NCBI GenBank assembly: GCA_965212625.1
Contig: OZ243124.1
Location: 2,007,898-2,071,897, forward strand
Reading direction: 5' to 3'
Origin: Nitrospirales bacterium
GTDB lineage: Bacteria; Nitrospirota; Nitrospiria; Nitrospirales; UBA8639
DNA: 64,000 nucleotides
Shown: piece after piece, positions 54,440 through 64,000 of the stretch
How the letters are laid out: each line of letters opens with the position of its first letter
How positions within the stretch are numbered: position 1 is the stretch's first letter
The notes under the pieces: generated by a model
Seen by the model: the letters and a program-made list of their open reading frames with translations, nothing else
The model's database searches: none
Told to the model about the DNA's origin: nothing
Made by a program: the position numbers and the translations under genes

Positions 54440-54686
54440 CTTCTGTCATGCTGCCGCGCAGTAACGGGCGAGTGGAGAGTGGTCCTTCTTATGCCGAACC
54501 CCCTTCTGTCATGCTGAACGAAGTGCCTGTCCTGAGCCTCGAAGGAAAGCATCTTTTTTCCCTCAACGGACTCGGGAAGATCCTTCGGCCGCACCTCCGG
54601 TTGAGATTTTTGGAACGGCAGCCTAGAATCGCCTCCGATGACGCCAGAGCAATCCGTTCCGTCATGCTGAACGAAGTGAAGCATCT
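54440..54686. repeat. Three copies of a gtcatgctg(aacgaagtg) REP-type element in an intergenic region
   Basis: Copies at about 54446, 54508 and 54661. Related gtcatcctgagcg.. and gtcattctgagg.. motifs occur at 44680 and 37480. Confidence 0.6.
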
Positions 54687-54688
54687 GT

Positions 54689-55279
54689 TTGTTGACTATG
54701 ACGCCGGAGCAAATAGAACAGCGATTTCAGGAAAGTGCAGAAGTCAAACGCCAATTTGTGCGAGCCCATGCCGACCGGATTGCGCGGGTCGCGGAGTGCA
54801 TCCTCACCACCATTGAGGCGGGCGGGAAACTGCTGTTCTTCGGCAATGGAGGGAGTGCGACGGATGCGTCCCACCTTGCGGCCGAGTTTGTGGGCCGATA
54901 TGCCCGAGACCGGGCGCCGTGGCCTGCCTTGGCCCTGGCGACGGACATGGCGGCCGTGACGTGTATTGCCAATGATTACGGCTATGACGACGTCTTTGCC
55001 CGGCAGATCGACGCACTCGGGCGTCCGAACGATCTCGCCGTGGCCATCAGCACCAGCGGGAATTCATCCAACGTCGTGAAAGGAGCAGAGACGGCCCGAC
55101 GCAAAGGCCTGATTACCGTCGCGTGGACCGGACACGACGGCGGCTCCCTCGCTCCCCTGGTCGATCATCCCTTCATTGTTCCGTCAACCGTCACCGCGCG
55201 CATTCAGGAATGCCACATCACGCTCGGCCACGTGTTGTGTGAACTGGTCGAAGAGAAAATCGTTGCGCACTCCTCGTAA
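54689..55279 (+). CDS. gmhA: D-sedoheptulose-7-phosphate isomerase (SIS domain)
   Basis: LLFFGNGGSATDASHLAAEFVGRY, AISTSGNSSNV, ECHITLGH. ATG 54695 is the likely start. Confidence 0.85.
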   Translation: MLTMTPEQIEQRFQESAEVKRQFVRAHADRIARVAECILTTIEAGGKLLFFGNGGSATDASHLAAEFVGRYARDRAPWPALALATDMAAVTCIANDYGYDDVFARQIDALGRPNDLAVAISTSGNSSNVVKGAETARRKGLITVAWTGHDGGSLAPLVDHPFIVPSTVTARIQECHITLGHVLCELVEEKIVAHSS

Positions 55280-56255
55280 GACGCCGGCGTCCGTCGGCCC
55301 AATTGACGTCTCACGCCTGAAAACCTATCCGCTGAACGCGCGTCGGAGCAAGGTCCGGGTGTCCGACGGGGCCGTGCCCTGGAAGCAGGGACAATCGTTG
55401 TCCGCGTTTCTCTCGTCTCTTCCCGACGTGCTGGCGGTCAAAACCCTGCGCGGGTTAGTCCGGGACATTGTCCGGGCCCGCACCCGCAATCGTCCGGTGA
55501 TTCTGGGGATGGGGGCACACCCGACCAAAGTGGGACTCAATCCCGTTCTCGTCGATATGATGCAACGGGAAATCGTCACCGCGATCGCGATCAATGGGGC
55601 CGTCGTCGTTCATGATTTCGAACTGGCGTTGATGGGGCATACGTCTGAGGAAGTCGATGCCGAAATCGATTCCGGCCGGTTTGGGATGGCCGAGGAAACG
55701 GGCCGCATGATTAACGAAGCCGTCCTGACCGGCGTGCGGGAAGGCTGCGGAATCGGCGAAGCCGTGGGGCAGTCCATCCTTCGGCAGCGTCAACGGTTTC
55801 CGCATTGGAAAACGAGCCTGCTGGCCGTGGGCGCACAACTGGGCGTGCCCGTGACCGTCCACGTGGCCATTGGCACGGATATCGTCCACATGCACCCGTC
55901 GGCGGACGGCGCCGCGTGGGGGAAGGGGTCGCTGCTGGACTTTCGAAGATTGACCGCAGTCGTGTCGAACATGGAAGGGGGCGTCTACCTGAACGTCGGG
56001 TCCGCGGTCCTCTTGCCCGAAGTCTTTCTCAAGACCGTCACGCTGAGCCGGAATTTGGGCAAGGCGTTGAAGAACATTACCACCGCGAACCTGGATTGTT
56101 TTCCGCATTACCGTCCCATGACCAACGTCGTGAAGCGCCCCACCCAGAAGGGCGGCAAGGGCTACGCATTAATAGGGCATCATGAAATTCTGATTCCCCT
56201 GTTGGCCGCGGCCGTCATGGAAGCGTGGGGGGCCGGACCCGGACGAAAAGCGTGA
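55176..56255 (+). CDS. Conserved hypothetical protein, possibly deoxyhypusine-synthase-like fold
   Basis: LGMGAHPTKVGLNPVLVDMM..IVTAIAINGAVVVHDFELALMGHTSEEV. There is no internal ATG before residue ~110, so the start is probably a TTG or GTG near 55257-55360. The first ~100 nt overlap gmhA. Confidence 0.4.
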   Translation: MFRQPSPRAFRNATSRSATCCVNWSKRKSLRTPRKTPASVGPIDVSRLKTYPLNARRSKVRVSDGAVPWKQGQSLSAFLSSLPDVLAVKTLRGLVRDIVRARTRNRPVILGMGAHPTKVGLNPVLVDMMQREIVTAIAINGAVVVHDFELALMGHTSEEVDAEIDSGRFGMAEETGRMINEAVLTGVREGCGIGEAVGQSILRQRQRFPHWKTSLLAVGAQLGVPVTVHVAIGTDIVHMHPSADGAAWGKGSLLDFRRLTAVVSNMEGGVYLNVGSAVLLPEVFLKTVTLSRNLGKALKNITTANLDCFPHYRPMTNVVKRPTQKGGKGYALIGHHEILIPLLAAAVMEAWGAGPGRKA

Positions 56256-56282
56256 TGCTCCGCGCTACGCGGAGCGGCGTTG

Positions 56283-58619
56283 TCACCGGGTTGAAAGCGT
56301 GAAATAGAATTGAGACCCCGCTCCCCGTTGACTTTCCACCCAGATGCGTCCGTGGTGCAGTTCCACGAGACTTTTGGTAATCGCTAATCCCAGTCCGGCT
56401 CCCCGCGTTTCGCTTGCTCCTTCCCGTCCCCGATAAAAGCGGTCAAACACGTGCGTGACGTCTGCCGGAGCAATGCCGCAGCCCGTGTCGGTGACGCAGA
56501 TTTGGACGCCGTGCTCCTCCGGAGCGGTGAGGGACACGGAAATGCGTCCGCCGGCCGGAGTAAATTTCACGGCATTGTACGTGAGATTGGTCAGGATTTG
56601 GAAAATCTTATCCCGGTCACCAGGGACGGACGGGAGGTGCGGGGGATACACGGCATGAAGTCGGATCGATTTTTCCTCTGCCTGGGGGCGCAAATTGTCA
56701 AGCAGTTCGTCCACTAATTCGCGTAGGGACACGTCCGTGATCCGTAACTCCATGCGGCCGGCCTCAATACGGGACAGATCAAGCAGATCGTTCACCATGT
56801 GGGTCAAGCGGTCAATGTTATGGTTGACCCGCGTCAGAAAAAAGGCCTGCCGCTCGCTGACTGCGCCGATGAAACCGTGCCGCATGTTTTCCACGAGCCC
56901 CTTCATGGACGTTAACGGGGTGCGTAATTCGTGGGAGACCATGGACACAAAGGTGGATTTGAGGCGATCCAGTTCTCGAAGTTTCTCATTGGCGACTTCG
57001 AGCTCGCGGGTTCGTTCGTGAATTCGTTTCTCCAAGCCCACGTTCAGTTCTTCGATCCGGTGGTAGGCTGCGGAGTTATCCAAGGCCACGGCGATTTGAT
57101 TCGCCACGGTCACCATGACTTGCACGTCATCCTGGGTCAACGCGTGTTCGTGAGGAGGTTCGACGGTCAGCGACCCGATGACCGTCCCCTGTGCCTTCAG
57201 GGGAACCGAAATCAGCGATTTTGCGCGAGTCAATCGAGCCAATTGCTGATTGAGTGGGTGCAGCCGGTCCCATTCCCGTGCGAGATCACGGATCAACAAT
57301 GGTTGTCCCTGAAGCAACACCACGCCTTCGAGACTGGAGGGATCGATGACGGGGACTTCCAGGGTTCGCGCGTAACGGACCACCTCGGGCGAGGCGCCGA
57401 GCATTCTGGCGTCGTGCGCACAGTGTCGATCCTGATCAAAAAACGCAATCATGACGCGCTCGTACGGCAGTTCGCTTCTGATCGTTTCCAGAACGTGCTC
57501 CAGCAGGGTTTCCCGATCGATCGTGGAACTGAACACTAATCCCGCTTGGAAAAGGGTGGTGAGTTGACTCACCTTACGACGGAGTTCTACGGCGGTGTGT
57601 TCCTGTTCCAGGTAGGCTTCGCGCAGTTCTTCATGGCGGGTGTCGGCGGAGACGATTTGTTCATGGATCAGGGTTTCCCGTTCTTTTGCCTGTTTCTTCA
57701 GCCGGTACCAATTCCCGGCAAACCAGTACCCCGTGCCTGACACGACGGCCCACGCGCCGGCCTCCGGCCAGGAAAACTCCGGGTGCCACCATCGAACGGC
57801 GGCGAAAACGACGCTGCTCACGACGAGGCCGCTCGCGGTCCATGCCGCGTGGGTTGCGACGGGAGGCTGAGCGGGCCAATGAAATTCCCATTCACAGTAT
57901 TCGTCCCCGTCCGCGATACATTGCCGGTCGCGGATATCGGCGAATGCCAAGTGATGAATGCGTTGAGGCACCGCAGCGAGGCCGGCTTTGGCCGAGAGAC
58001 AAATCAGATGGGCGCACCGCTTTCGAAAGGGGCCGAATTGCTCATAAACGTGATCGGTAAATTTCATGCCGAGGACCGCGGAGTCATTCGTCACTGACCC
58101 AACGTGGAAATCGATTGATCCCTTGGCGAATTTTTCTCCGAAGTGTGGAAACATTCTGAAGATTTGTGGCACGGAGAACGGACGGCCCAAGTTCTGAATG
58201 AGGGGAGAAATATATTTGTGTTTGCCTATTTTGAATGGGAAGTGCGGGTCGTCGGTGATCCGGATGCAGAATTCCGTAAGATAACAGACAAACTCATAAG
58301 AATAACTGTTCCAGACGTTTCGGAGAAACTTGGGAGTGACGTGGTAAGCCGGATCAGTGATCCGTGCGTTCAACGACTCGCAGAGCCGGTCAACCGCGTC
58401 GCGGGCCGCGTCGTCCCCTTTGGTCTTCTGGGAAACCTCTTCCAGGTAGTCGACGTTGGCCTTGACCGTGACCCCGCTGACGTCGCGAATCTTTTGCCCG
58501 TCCGGTGTCACACCGAACGGGCGAAACTGCATCAAGGGTCTCTCGATGATGGACCGATCTTTCGGAAACAGCGTGGTCTCGGGTTCAGAGTGAGGCTGGG
58601 CGGGCAATCCGGCACGCAT
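56283..58619 (-). CDS. Sensor histidine kinase (N-terminal sensor domain, 2 TM, GAF, HisKA, HATPase_c)
   Basis: H-box FVSMVSHELRTPLTS. N-box LTNLTYNAVKFT. G-boxes VTDTGCGI and GAGLGLAI. ATG 58532 (MQFRPF) is an alternative start. Confidence 0.8.
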   Translation of the reverse strand: MRAGLPAQPHSEPETTLFPKDRSIIERPLMQFRPFGVTPDGQKIRDVSGVTVKANVDYLEEVSQKTKGDDAARDAVDRLCESLNARITDPAYHVTPKFLRNVWNSYSYEFVCYLTEFCIRITDDPHFPFKIGKHKYISPLIQNLGRPFSVPQIFRMFPHFGEKFAKGSIDFHVGSVTNDSAVLGMKFTDHVYEQFGPFRKRCAHLICLSAKAGLAAVPQRIHHLAFADIRDRQCIADGDEYCEWEFHWPAQPPVATHAAWTASGLVVSSVVFAAVRWWHPEFSWPEAGAWAVVSGTGYWFAGNWYRLKKQAKERETLIHEQIVSADTRHEELREAYLEQEHTAVELRRKVSQLTTLFQAGLVFSSTIDRETLLEHVLETIRSELPYERVMIAFFDQDRHCAHDARMLGASPEVVRYARTLEVPVIDPSSLEGVVLLQGQPLLIRDLAREWDRLHPLNQQLARLTRAKSLISVPLKAQGTVIGSLTVEPPHEHALTQDDVQVMVTVANQIAVALDNSAAYHRIEELNVGLEKRIHERTRELEVANEKLRELDRLKSTFVSMVSHELRTPLTSMKGLVENMRHGFIGAVSERQAFFLTRVNHNIDRLTHMVNDLLDLSRIEAGRMELRITDVSLRELVDELLDNLRPQAEEKSIRLHAVYPPHLPSVPGDRDKIFQILTNLTYNAVKFTPAGGRISVSLTAPEEHGVQICVTDTGCGIAPADVTHVFDRFYRGREGASETRGAGLGLAITKSLVELHHGRIWVESQRGAGSQFYFTLSTR

Positions 58620-58628
58620 GAAGCAACG

Positions 58629-59426
58629 TCAGTCTCGGCACGAGACCGTATAGCGTTTCCCGTCTTCCAGACGAACGCAGCCGAGTTCCTTTCCCCAGAC
58701 GCATCCGGCGTCCAAGGCAAGAAACCCTTCACCCTCACGTAATCCTAACGCCGACCAATGGCCGAAAATCACGGTTTCTTTTCGTGTGGTCCGCGGAGGA
58801 ACGCGAAACCAGGGAACAAGGCCGGCAGGGGCCCGTTCCGGTGGGCCCTTGAACGAAAGGTCGAGGGTGCCGTCTTCAGAACACATCCGCATTCTGGTGA
58901 ACACGTTCGTAATCAGTCCCAGCCGGGCCGGGGAAGGGAAGGCATCGTTCCAACGGGTTTCCTCGCTTCGGTAGATGAACGGTAACACGTCGTCGTACCG
59001 TTCGGATCTCAGGACGTGTTCCACTTCCTGGGCCAACCCGACTGCTTGGTCGATTGACCATTGGGGAAGGACCCCCGCGTGGACCAGCACGTATCCCCCC
59101 TCGCGGTAGAGCAGGCGTTGCCGTCGAAGCCAGTCCAACAGTTCTTCTGCATCAGGTGCCTCCAGGACCGGCTGAAGCGTATCCTTTGTCCGGAGTTGCG
59201 CGACGCCGGAATGGACCGCCAATAAGTGCAGATCATGATTGCCAAGCACGACTACGCAATCGAGATTTTTCAGAAATCGCAAGACTTCCAAGGATTGGGG
59301 GCCGCGGTTGACTAAATCACCTACGCACCAGAGCCGATCCGCGGCAGGATTGAATCGAATATGCTCCAACAGTCTGTGCAGTGGGGCCAGGCACCCCTGA
59401 ATGTCGCCGACGGCATAGGTGGCCAT
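58629..59426 (-). CDS. apaH: Symmetrical bis(5'-nucleosyl)-tetraphosphatase
   Basis: MATYAVGDIQGC, VGDLVNRGP, LGNHD, GHW. Confidence 0.85.
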   Translation of the reverse strand: MATYAVGDIQGCLAPLHRLLEHIRFNPAADRLWCVGDLVNRGPQSLEVLRFLKNLDCVVVLGNHDLHLLAVHSGVAQLRTKDTLQPVLEAPDAEELLDWLRRQRLLYREGGYVLVHAGVLPQWSIDQAVGLAQEVEHVLRSERYDDVLPFIYRSEETRWNDAFPSPARLGLITNVFTRMRMCSEDGTLDLSFKGPPERAPAGLVPWFRVPPRTTRKETVIFGHWSALGLREGEGFLALDAGCVWGKELGCVRLEDGKRYTVSCRD

Positions 59427-59598
59427 TGGGGTTCCTTACGGTACGCTCATCGGGCCAACCTTAGCCGGAACCGCGGCTTGGTGCAAGGGGTGCCTGTAAA
59501 GGGCCATGCGTTCACGACCTTGAATCAGAAGGAGAGGGCGGGTAGGATCGTGCTTGGCGTTGATGGAACAGAGACGATTCTGGAAAGGAAGCAGATCC

Positions 59599-60258
59599 AT
59601 GGAACGCACGGTGGAACCGGAAATCATGGACGGCGAAGCGCAGGTACGAGCGTATGCGAACGCCGATTTCGCGGAAGAAAATCAAGGATTCGTCGATCAA
59701 TTCCTGGCCTTGTACCCTGATTTTCAAGAGGGCACCGTCTTGGATCTGGGATGTGGCCCGGCGGACGTTCCCATCCGGTTGCTCCGGAGTCGTCCCGCTC
59801 TGGACGTCATCGGCGTGGATGCCTCCGGCCCCATGATTCAGTGGGCTGAAGAAGCCATGCACCGGGCAGGACTGCAAGGACGAATCCGGCTCATCCGTCA
59901 GCGGTTTCAGGAACTCCGGTTGGATCCGCCGGCAGATGCCCTGATCTCCAACAGCCTTGCGCATCACGTGCCCAACCCGTTTCAGTTCTGGTACGCGGTC
60001 AAAACCTTGGCCAAGCCCGGGGCGCCGGTGCTTATCATGGATCTGTTGCGGCCCGATACTGAAGAGGAGGCCCAGGCGTTAGTGGACCGCTACGCCGCTG
60101 ATGAGCCGGGCCAACTGCGACACGATTTTTATCATTCTTTATTGAGTGCCTTCACCGAGGATGAAGTCGCGGCTCACTTGGCGGAAATGAATTTGAGCCG
60201 CCTGCTGATCGACGTGCCCGATGATCGGCATTGGGTGGTCTCCGGTCGGGTGTATTAG
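59599..60258 (+). CDS. Class I SAM-dependent methyltransferase
   Basis: VLDLGCGPADV (motif I). The ORF opens at 59554. Confidence 0.65.
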   Translation: MERTVEPEIMDGEAQVRAYANADFAEENQGFVDQFLALYPDFQEGTVLDLGCGPADVPIRLLRSRPALDVIGVDASGPMIQWAEEAMHRAGLQGRIRLIRQRFQELRLDPPADALISNSLAHHVPNPFQFWYAVKTLAKPGAPVLIMDLLRPDTEEEAQALVDRYAADEPGQLRHDFYHSLLSAFTEDEVAAHLAEMNLSRLLIDVPDDRHWVVSGRVY

Positions 60259-60330
60259 CAGATGATCGTTGGCAACACCCGTCACAATCCTTGACTGGCT
60301 AAGACCGAGCCGATAAGGTGATTCCCCGGT

Positions 60331-60404
60331 TGGGGGATCGTCTAGGGGCAAGACAACAGATTTTGGATCTGTGAACCCAGGTTCGATTCCTGGTCCCCCA
60401 GCCA
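60331..60404 (+). tRNA. tRNA-Gln (UUG), CCA encoded
   Basis: UGGGGGA acceptor paired with UCCCCCA. Anticodon arm ACAGA-UUUUGGA-UCUGU. T arm CCAGG-UUCGAUU-CCUGG. Layout parallels E. coli tRNA-Gln. Confidence 0.85.
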
Positions 60405-60920
60405 TTCTTTGGTCATCATGAGTGTGACTGAAACTCATGAGATGATCGCCTCCAGGGTACAAAGCGCGGGCTTGCCAGCTAAGCGAATTGCTGACTCCAC
60501 ACCCTTCGAAAACCTGCCAAACTCTATAGAGGTGCAGGAACAAGGAAGAGCGGTACATAGTGGTCCTACGGATACATCGACTTGGTTTGCTTCTTCAGCA
60601 ATGAAATCTTTGGTGGCTTGTGATACAGAAGCCTATGCCTGGGCCGACGTCAGACCGAGGATGCCGTTCTCTCAATCCCCTCTGGGTCGCATAATCATCC
60701 ATAGCACAACTCATTGTTCACACCCGCTTAATAAGAATCAGGGAATAGTAAGAAAATTACAGGAATTGAAGGATACTCACGTGAAAACTTGCGTGATTGC
60801 AAAAGGAGAGTTGTCGAGGCTCAGGGCAGGCCCAGGGCAGGCATCGTTCATTCGACGATGAACAATTCTTTTCGTCAGACCTGAAAGAAGGTGACCTGGA
60901 AATTGAGTCGTTCGCATGCC

Positions 60921-62024
60921 ATGACCTATCAGGGTGCCGGGGTCAATAGTGAACGAGCCGTTCAATCTCTGGCCGGTATTACGAACCAATTCAGACGGAC
61001 GTGGACGCGGTCTAAGGGAGAAGTCGGCAGCGTGCGTCTGGACTTCGGATTATTCGCCAACGTGATTGAGGTCGGGAACAATCAGGGCATCGCCGTGACC
61101 ACGGACGGCGTAGGATCAAAGGTCCTGATTGCCCAACGAATGGGAAAATACGAGACCATCGGCATTGATTGTGTCGCCATGAACGTCAACGATCTGCTCT
61201 GCGTCGGGGCGACGCCCCTGGCCATGGTGGATTATATCGCGGTGCAGGATCTCGATCCGGGCTGCCTGCATGAAATGGCAAAGGGCTTGACGGAGGGGGC
61301 CCGGATGGCCGGCGTGTCCATTCCCGGAGGGGAAATTGCTCAGCTCAAGGACGTCATCAAGAGTGAAGCCGGCAAGGAAGGCGAAGGGTTTGATTTAGCA
61401 GGATCGGCCATAGGCATCGTGGATCTGGACAAGATCATCGTCGGGGACGCGGTTCACAAAGGCGACGTCATCATCGGCATTGAGAGCAACGGCGTGCATA
61501 GTAATGGACTCACCTTGGCACGAAAAGCCATAGGAAACGACGGGTCCTTATACGACAAACGGTTTCCCGGACTGCATCGATCCTTAGGCGAGGAATTACT
61601 CCGACCGACGTTGATCTACACCCGGGAAGTCTTACACGTCCTCAAGGCGGAACACGCCATTGACGTCAAAGCATTGATTCACGTGACCGGCGACGGCTTC
61701 ATGAATCTGAGTCGCGTGCCGTCTCCGGTCAGCTTTGTGATTGATGCGCTTCCTCTTCCTCCTCCCATCTTCACCATCGTGCAACAGCTCGGCGGAATCG
61801 CCGATTCGGAAATGTTTGAGGTGTTCAACATGGGAATCGGCTTCTGTCTCGTGGTGCCGGAACGCCAAGCAGACCGGACGCTTGAGCTGGCCGCCGCGTT
61901 TGAGAAAAAAGCTCACCGGATTGGATACGTGACCGACAGGGGTCGCGACGATTGGGAAGTCTTGATCGACACCGACGACGTGAAACTTCGCGGGAGATCG
62001 AAACACTTCCGTCCCGCAGAATAG
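60921..62024 (+). CDS. purM: Phosphoribosylformylglycinamidine cyclo-ligase (AIR synthase)
   Basis: MTYQGAGVN..., DGVGSKV, DCVAMNVNDLLCVGA, GGEIA, NMGIGF. Confidence 0.85.
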   Translation: MTYQGAGVNSERAVQSLAGITNQFRRTWTRSKGEVGSVRLDFGLFANVIEVGNNQGIAVTTDGVGSKVLIAQRMGKYETIGIDCVAMNVNDLLCVGATPLAMVDYIAVQDLDPGCLHEMAKGLTEGARMAGVSIPGGEIAQLKDVIKSEAGKEGEGFDLAGSAIGIVDLDKIIVGDAVHKGDVIIGIESNGVHSNGLTLARKAIGNDGSLYDKRFPGLHRSLGEELLRPTLIYTREVLHVLKAEHAIDVKALIHVTGDGFMNLSRVPSPVSFVIDALPLPPPIFTIVQQLGGIADSEMFEVFNMGIGFCLVVPERQADRTLELAAAFEKKAHRIGYVTDRGRDDWEVLIDTDDVKLRGRSKHFRPAE

Positions 62025-62081
62025 CCGGACCTTTCGCGGCTCAGGGCAAGCCCTTCGCGGCTCAGGGGAACCTCAGGGTGG

Positions 62082-62966
62082 GTGTCAATGTCAACGACTC
62101 GTACCATCAGCAGCTTGCAAAATTCCCACGTGAAGCGATGGGTGTCGTTACGGGACGCGCGCGGGATTGAACGATTTCGGCAATGTCTCGTCTTTGGAAA
62201 AAAAATCGTGCAGGAAACCCTCAGCCGGCACCCTGCTCGTTGTCTGGAACTTCTCCATTCTGCCAAGACCCTTCGAACCTCAGGGCAGGCTCGCGTGTCT
62301 CTCTCGATTCCGGTTCACGTCGCCACCTATACCTTGTCCCCAACGTGTTTCAACCACGTTGACATCTTTGGGACGGGCTGTCCGATTTTAGTCTGTACGG
62401 CCCTTCCCCTTCCTTGTGCAGACATCGAGACGCCACCGCGGGGTTTGGAACTCCTGTGTCCTTTGGGATATCCGGCGAACGTGGGGGCTTTGTTGCGGAC
62501 GGCGTTGGCAATGGGCGTCAACCGAGTCATCCTGCTCAAAGAGTCGGCTCATCCCTATCATCCCAAGTCCATACGAGCCGCCAGCGGATCGATATTTGAA
62601 GTGCCTCTGACTCAAGGACCTTCGGTCCGGGACCTGCCTGCCCCTTCAAGGCCCTTCGAGGCTCAGGGCAAGCTCAGGGCAAGCCCTTCGCGGCCCAGTG
62701 CAGGCCCTGCTGCGTGGGTGACGCTGCACGTGGAAGGTGAGGGGATACCCGGGTTTCAATGGCCGAAAGACGTTCGGATACTCGTTGGAGAAGAGGGCCC
62801 GGGGCTGCCGCCGTGCTCTTCCGGCAAACGGCTCGCCATCCCCATGACGGAATCGGTTGAATCCTTAAACGCCGTCGCTGCCGTGAGCATGGCATTGTAT
62901 GCCTATCGCGTTCAGCATCCTTTGCTCCGCCGTTCGGACCACGTGGCAGAGGTTGCCGAACCTTGA
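62082..62966 (+). CDS. TrmH/SpoU-family RNA 2'-O-methyltransferase with repeat-derived insertions
   Basis: PANVGALLRTALAMGV, IRAASGSIFEVPL, GEEGPGLP, ESLNAVAAVSMALY. Repeat-encoded PAPSRPFEAQGKLRASPSRP at 62641-62695. Confidence 0.7.
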   Translation: MSMSTTRTISSLQNSHVKRWVSLRDARGIERFRQCLVFGKKIVQETLSRHPARCLELLHSAKTLRTSGQARVSLSIPVHVATYTLSPTCFNHVDIFGTGCPILVCTALPLPCADIETPPRGLELLCPLGYPANVGALLRTALAMGVNRVILLKESAHPYHPKSIRAASGSIFEVPLTQGPSVRDLPAPSRPFEAQGKLRASPSRPSAGPAAWVTLHVEGEGIPGFQWPKDVRILVGEEGPGLPPCSSGKRLAIPMTESVESLNAVAAVSMALYAYRVQHPLLRRSDHVAEVAEP

Positions 62967-63010
62967 CAATCCGTGGATGCTAAGGCTAAGTCCAAAAATC
63001 GGCCGTAAGC

Positions 63011-63250
63011 TTGGCGGATGAAAGGGAGGGGCCAATGCCAGTCAACGTTCTCCGAAAAGACGTTCCAAAAGGGCAAAAACCGCCAGGGTGGTTCTCTGGG
63101 AGCGAGCGGGAGGCAAAGCTTAGTTTGGAAGACAAACAGAGAGAGGCCGACTTGGCGGCACGAGAACAGGAGGCATTGTGGGAATCAGAAGAAATCGGCA
63201 TCGTGCGCTGGTCGGGTGAGGAAGGCCAGCGCTTCAGCGATCCTGAGTAG
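63011..63250 (+). CDS. Small hypothetical acidic protein
   Basis: 79-aa ORF with no recognisable motif. Confidence 0.25.
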   Translation: MADEREGPMPVNVLRKDVPKGQKPPGWFSGSEREAKLSLEDKQREADLAAREQEALWESEEIGIVRWSGEEGQRFSDPE

Positions 63251-63528
63251 GGGCGTTATGAGGGGATTCCAGGGAAAGCAACGCGCCGGCGGCTCAGGAC
63301 ACCCAAAGGCCCACCGATGGGGCTTGCCTGGTTCTTTCAAGAAGTCCCTTGACGTGGCATTCAGCTTTCAGGTGAGGCATGAGTGGTCGAGACGTGCAGA
63401 AGAATGGGGAAGAGGGGTGGTACAAGGCCGCATCGTTTCCGTCGTGCGAGGCATAGTCAGCGCGCTCTCTACCGCCGACGAAACCTCGGTCCCGAACGCG
63501 AATGGACGGGAGCCGAACGTCAACGTTC

Positions 63529-64000
63529 ATGGAAGAGCTTGAGATCGTGAAACGTGCAACGTCGAACAAATTATTTCGCCAAGCCCAGCGGTATATTCCC
63601 GGGGGCGTCAACAGTCCGGTCCGTGCGTTCCGGTCGGTGGGAGGAACCCCGCTGTTTATCACCCGAGCGCGGGGAGCGAGACTAACCGACGCCGACGGCA
63701 ACGTGTACCTGGATTACGTGGCCTCATGGGGACCCATGATCTTGGGGCATGCTCATCCGGTGGTGACCCGGACGATTCAGCAAGCGGCACGTCACGGGAC
63801 CAGTTACGGCGCGCCGACCGAACGGGAAGTGACGCTGGCTCGAATGATTTGTGACGCCTTGCCTTCCGTCGAAAAGGTTCGACTCGTCAGTTCGGGCACA
63901 GAAGCGGTGATGAGCGCCATCCGGGTGGCCCGCGGAGTGACCAAACGGGATGCCATCCTGAAATTCGAAGGGTGTTACCATGGCCACGCGGATCATCTCC
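63529..64000 (+). CDS. hemL: Glutamate-1-semialdehyde 2,1-aminomutase (5' partial, runs off the window)
   Basis: [48 protein letters not shown]. Confidence 0.85.
   Translation, partial: MEELEIVKRATSNKLFRQAQRYIPGGVNSPVRAFRSVGGTPLFITRARGARLTDADGNVYLDYVASWGPMILGHAHPVVTRTIQQAARHGTSYGAPTEREVTLARMICDALPSVEKVRLVSSGTEAVMSAIRVARGVTKRDAILKFEGCYHGHADHL

Noticed and set aside
60139-60558. 139-aa minus-strand ORF spanning tRNA-Gln
   Set aside because: It overlaps a confidently folded tRNA and the end of the methyltransferase gene, so it is a spurious frame.

Overview
GC-rich bacterial chromosomal window, roughly 58-60% GC by eye, densely seeded with several REP-like palindromic repeat families. The lineage cannot be determined from sequence alone. 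All family names below come from motif recognition by eye. No HMM or BLAST search was possible.

Left half (1-34.8 kb): an accessory and defence island. It contains:
- a PHP-ABC-ATPase fusion;
- two AlbA_2/HATPase_c_4 paralogs, each followed by a dead 5' stub of a DUF1156 methylase gene;
- an intact DUF1156 methyltransferase and its usual DUF499 ATPase partner, pushed 5.8 kb apart by decayed toxin-antitoxin genes and three ATPase+nuclease modules (one dead);
- a compact type V CRISPR-Cas locus: 25 x 24-nt repeats, 18-20-nt spacers, cas1 only, and a roughly 1270-1296-aa Cas12c/Cas12d-like RuvC effector. The cas1/cas12 intergenic hairpin displays 10 nt complementary to the repeat;
- putP and a STAS-GHKL-DUF4325 protein;
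- a RecQ-PRTase fusion gene killed twice (in-frame TAG, plus a 129-bp MITE with TIRs and a 5-bp TSD), translationally coupled to a DprA-like gene;
- an MBL hydrolase and an HTH-fused orphan amino-methyltransferase.

Duplicated promoter/5'-leader cassettes and a 35-bp direct repeat mark recombination joints within the island.

Right half (34.9-64 kb): mostly housekeeping genes.
- tRNA-Val, thrS, infC, rpmI and rplT; then an insertion zone (higBA, SRAP peptidase, orphan higA, AT-rich small ORFs); then archaeal-type pheS and pheT on the opposite strand.
- rpe, rsmB, pdxA, larC, larB and gpsA.
- An AT-rich islet, an orphan CARF (TIGR02710-like) protein, and gmhA.
- A GAF histidine kinase, apaH, a SAM methyltransferase and tRNA-Gln.
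- purM, a TrmH-family methyltransferase, and the 5' end of hemL.

Several housekeeping ORFs (rpe, rsmB, larC, trmH-like) carry in-frame REP insertions.
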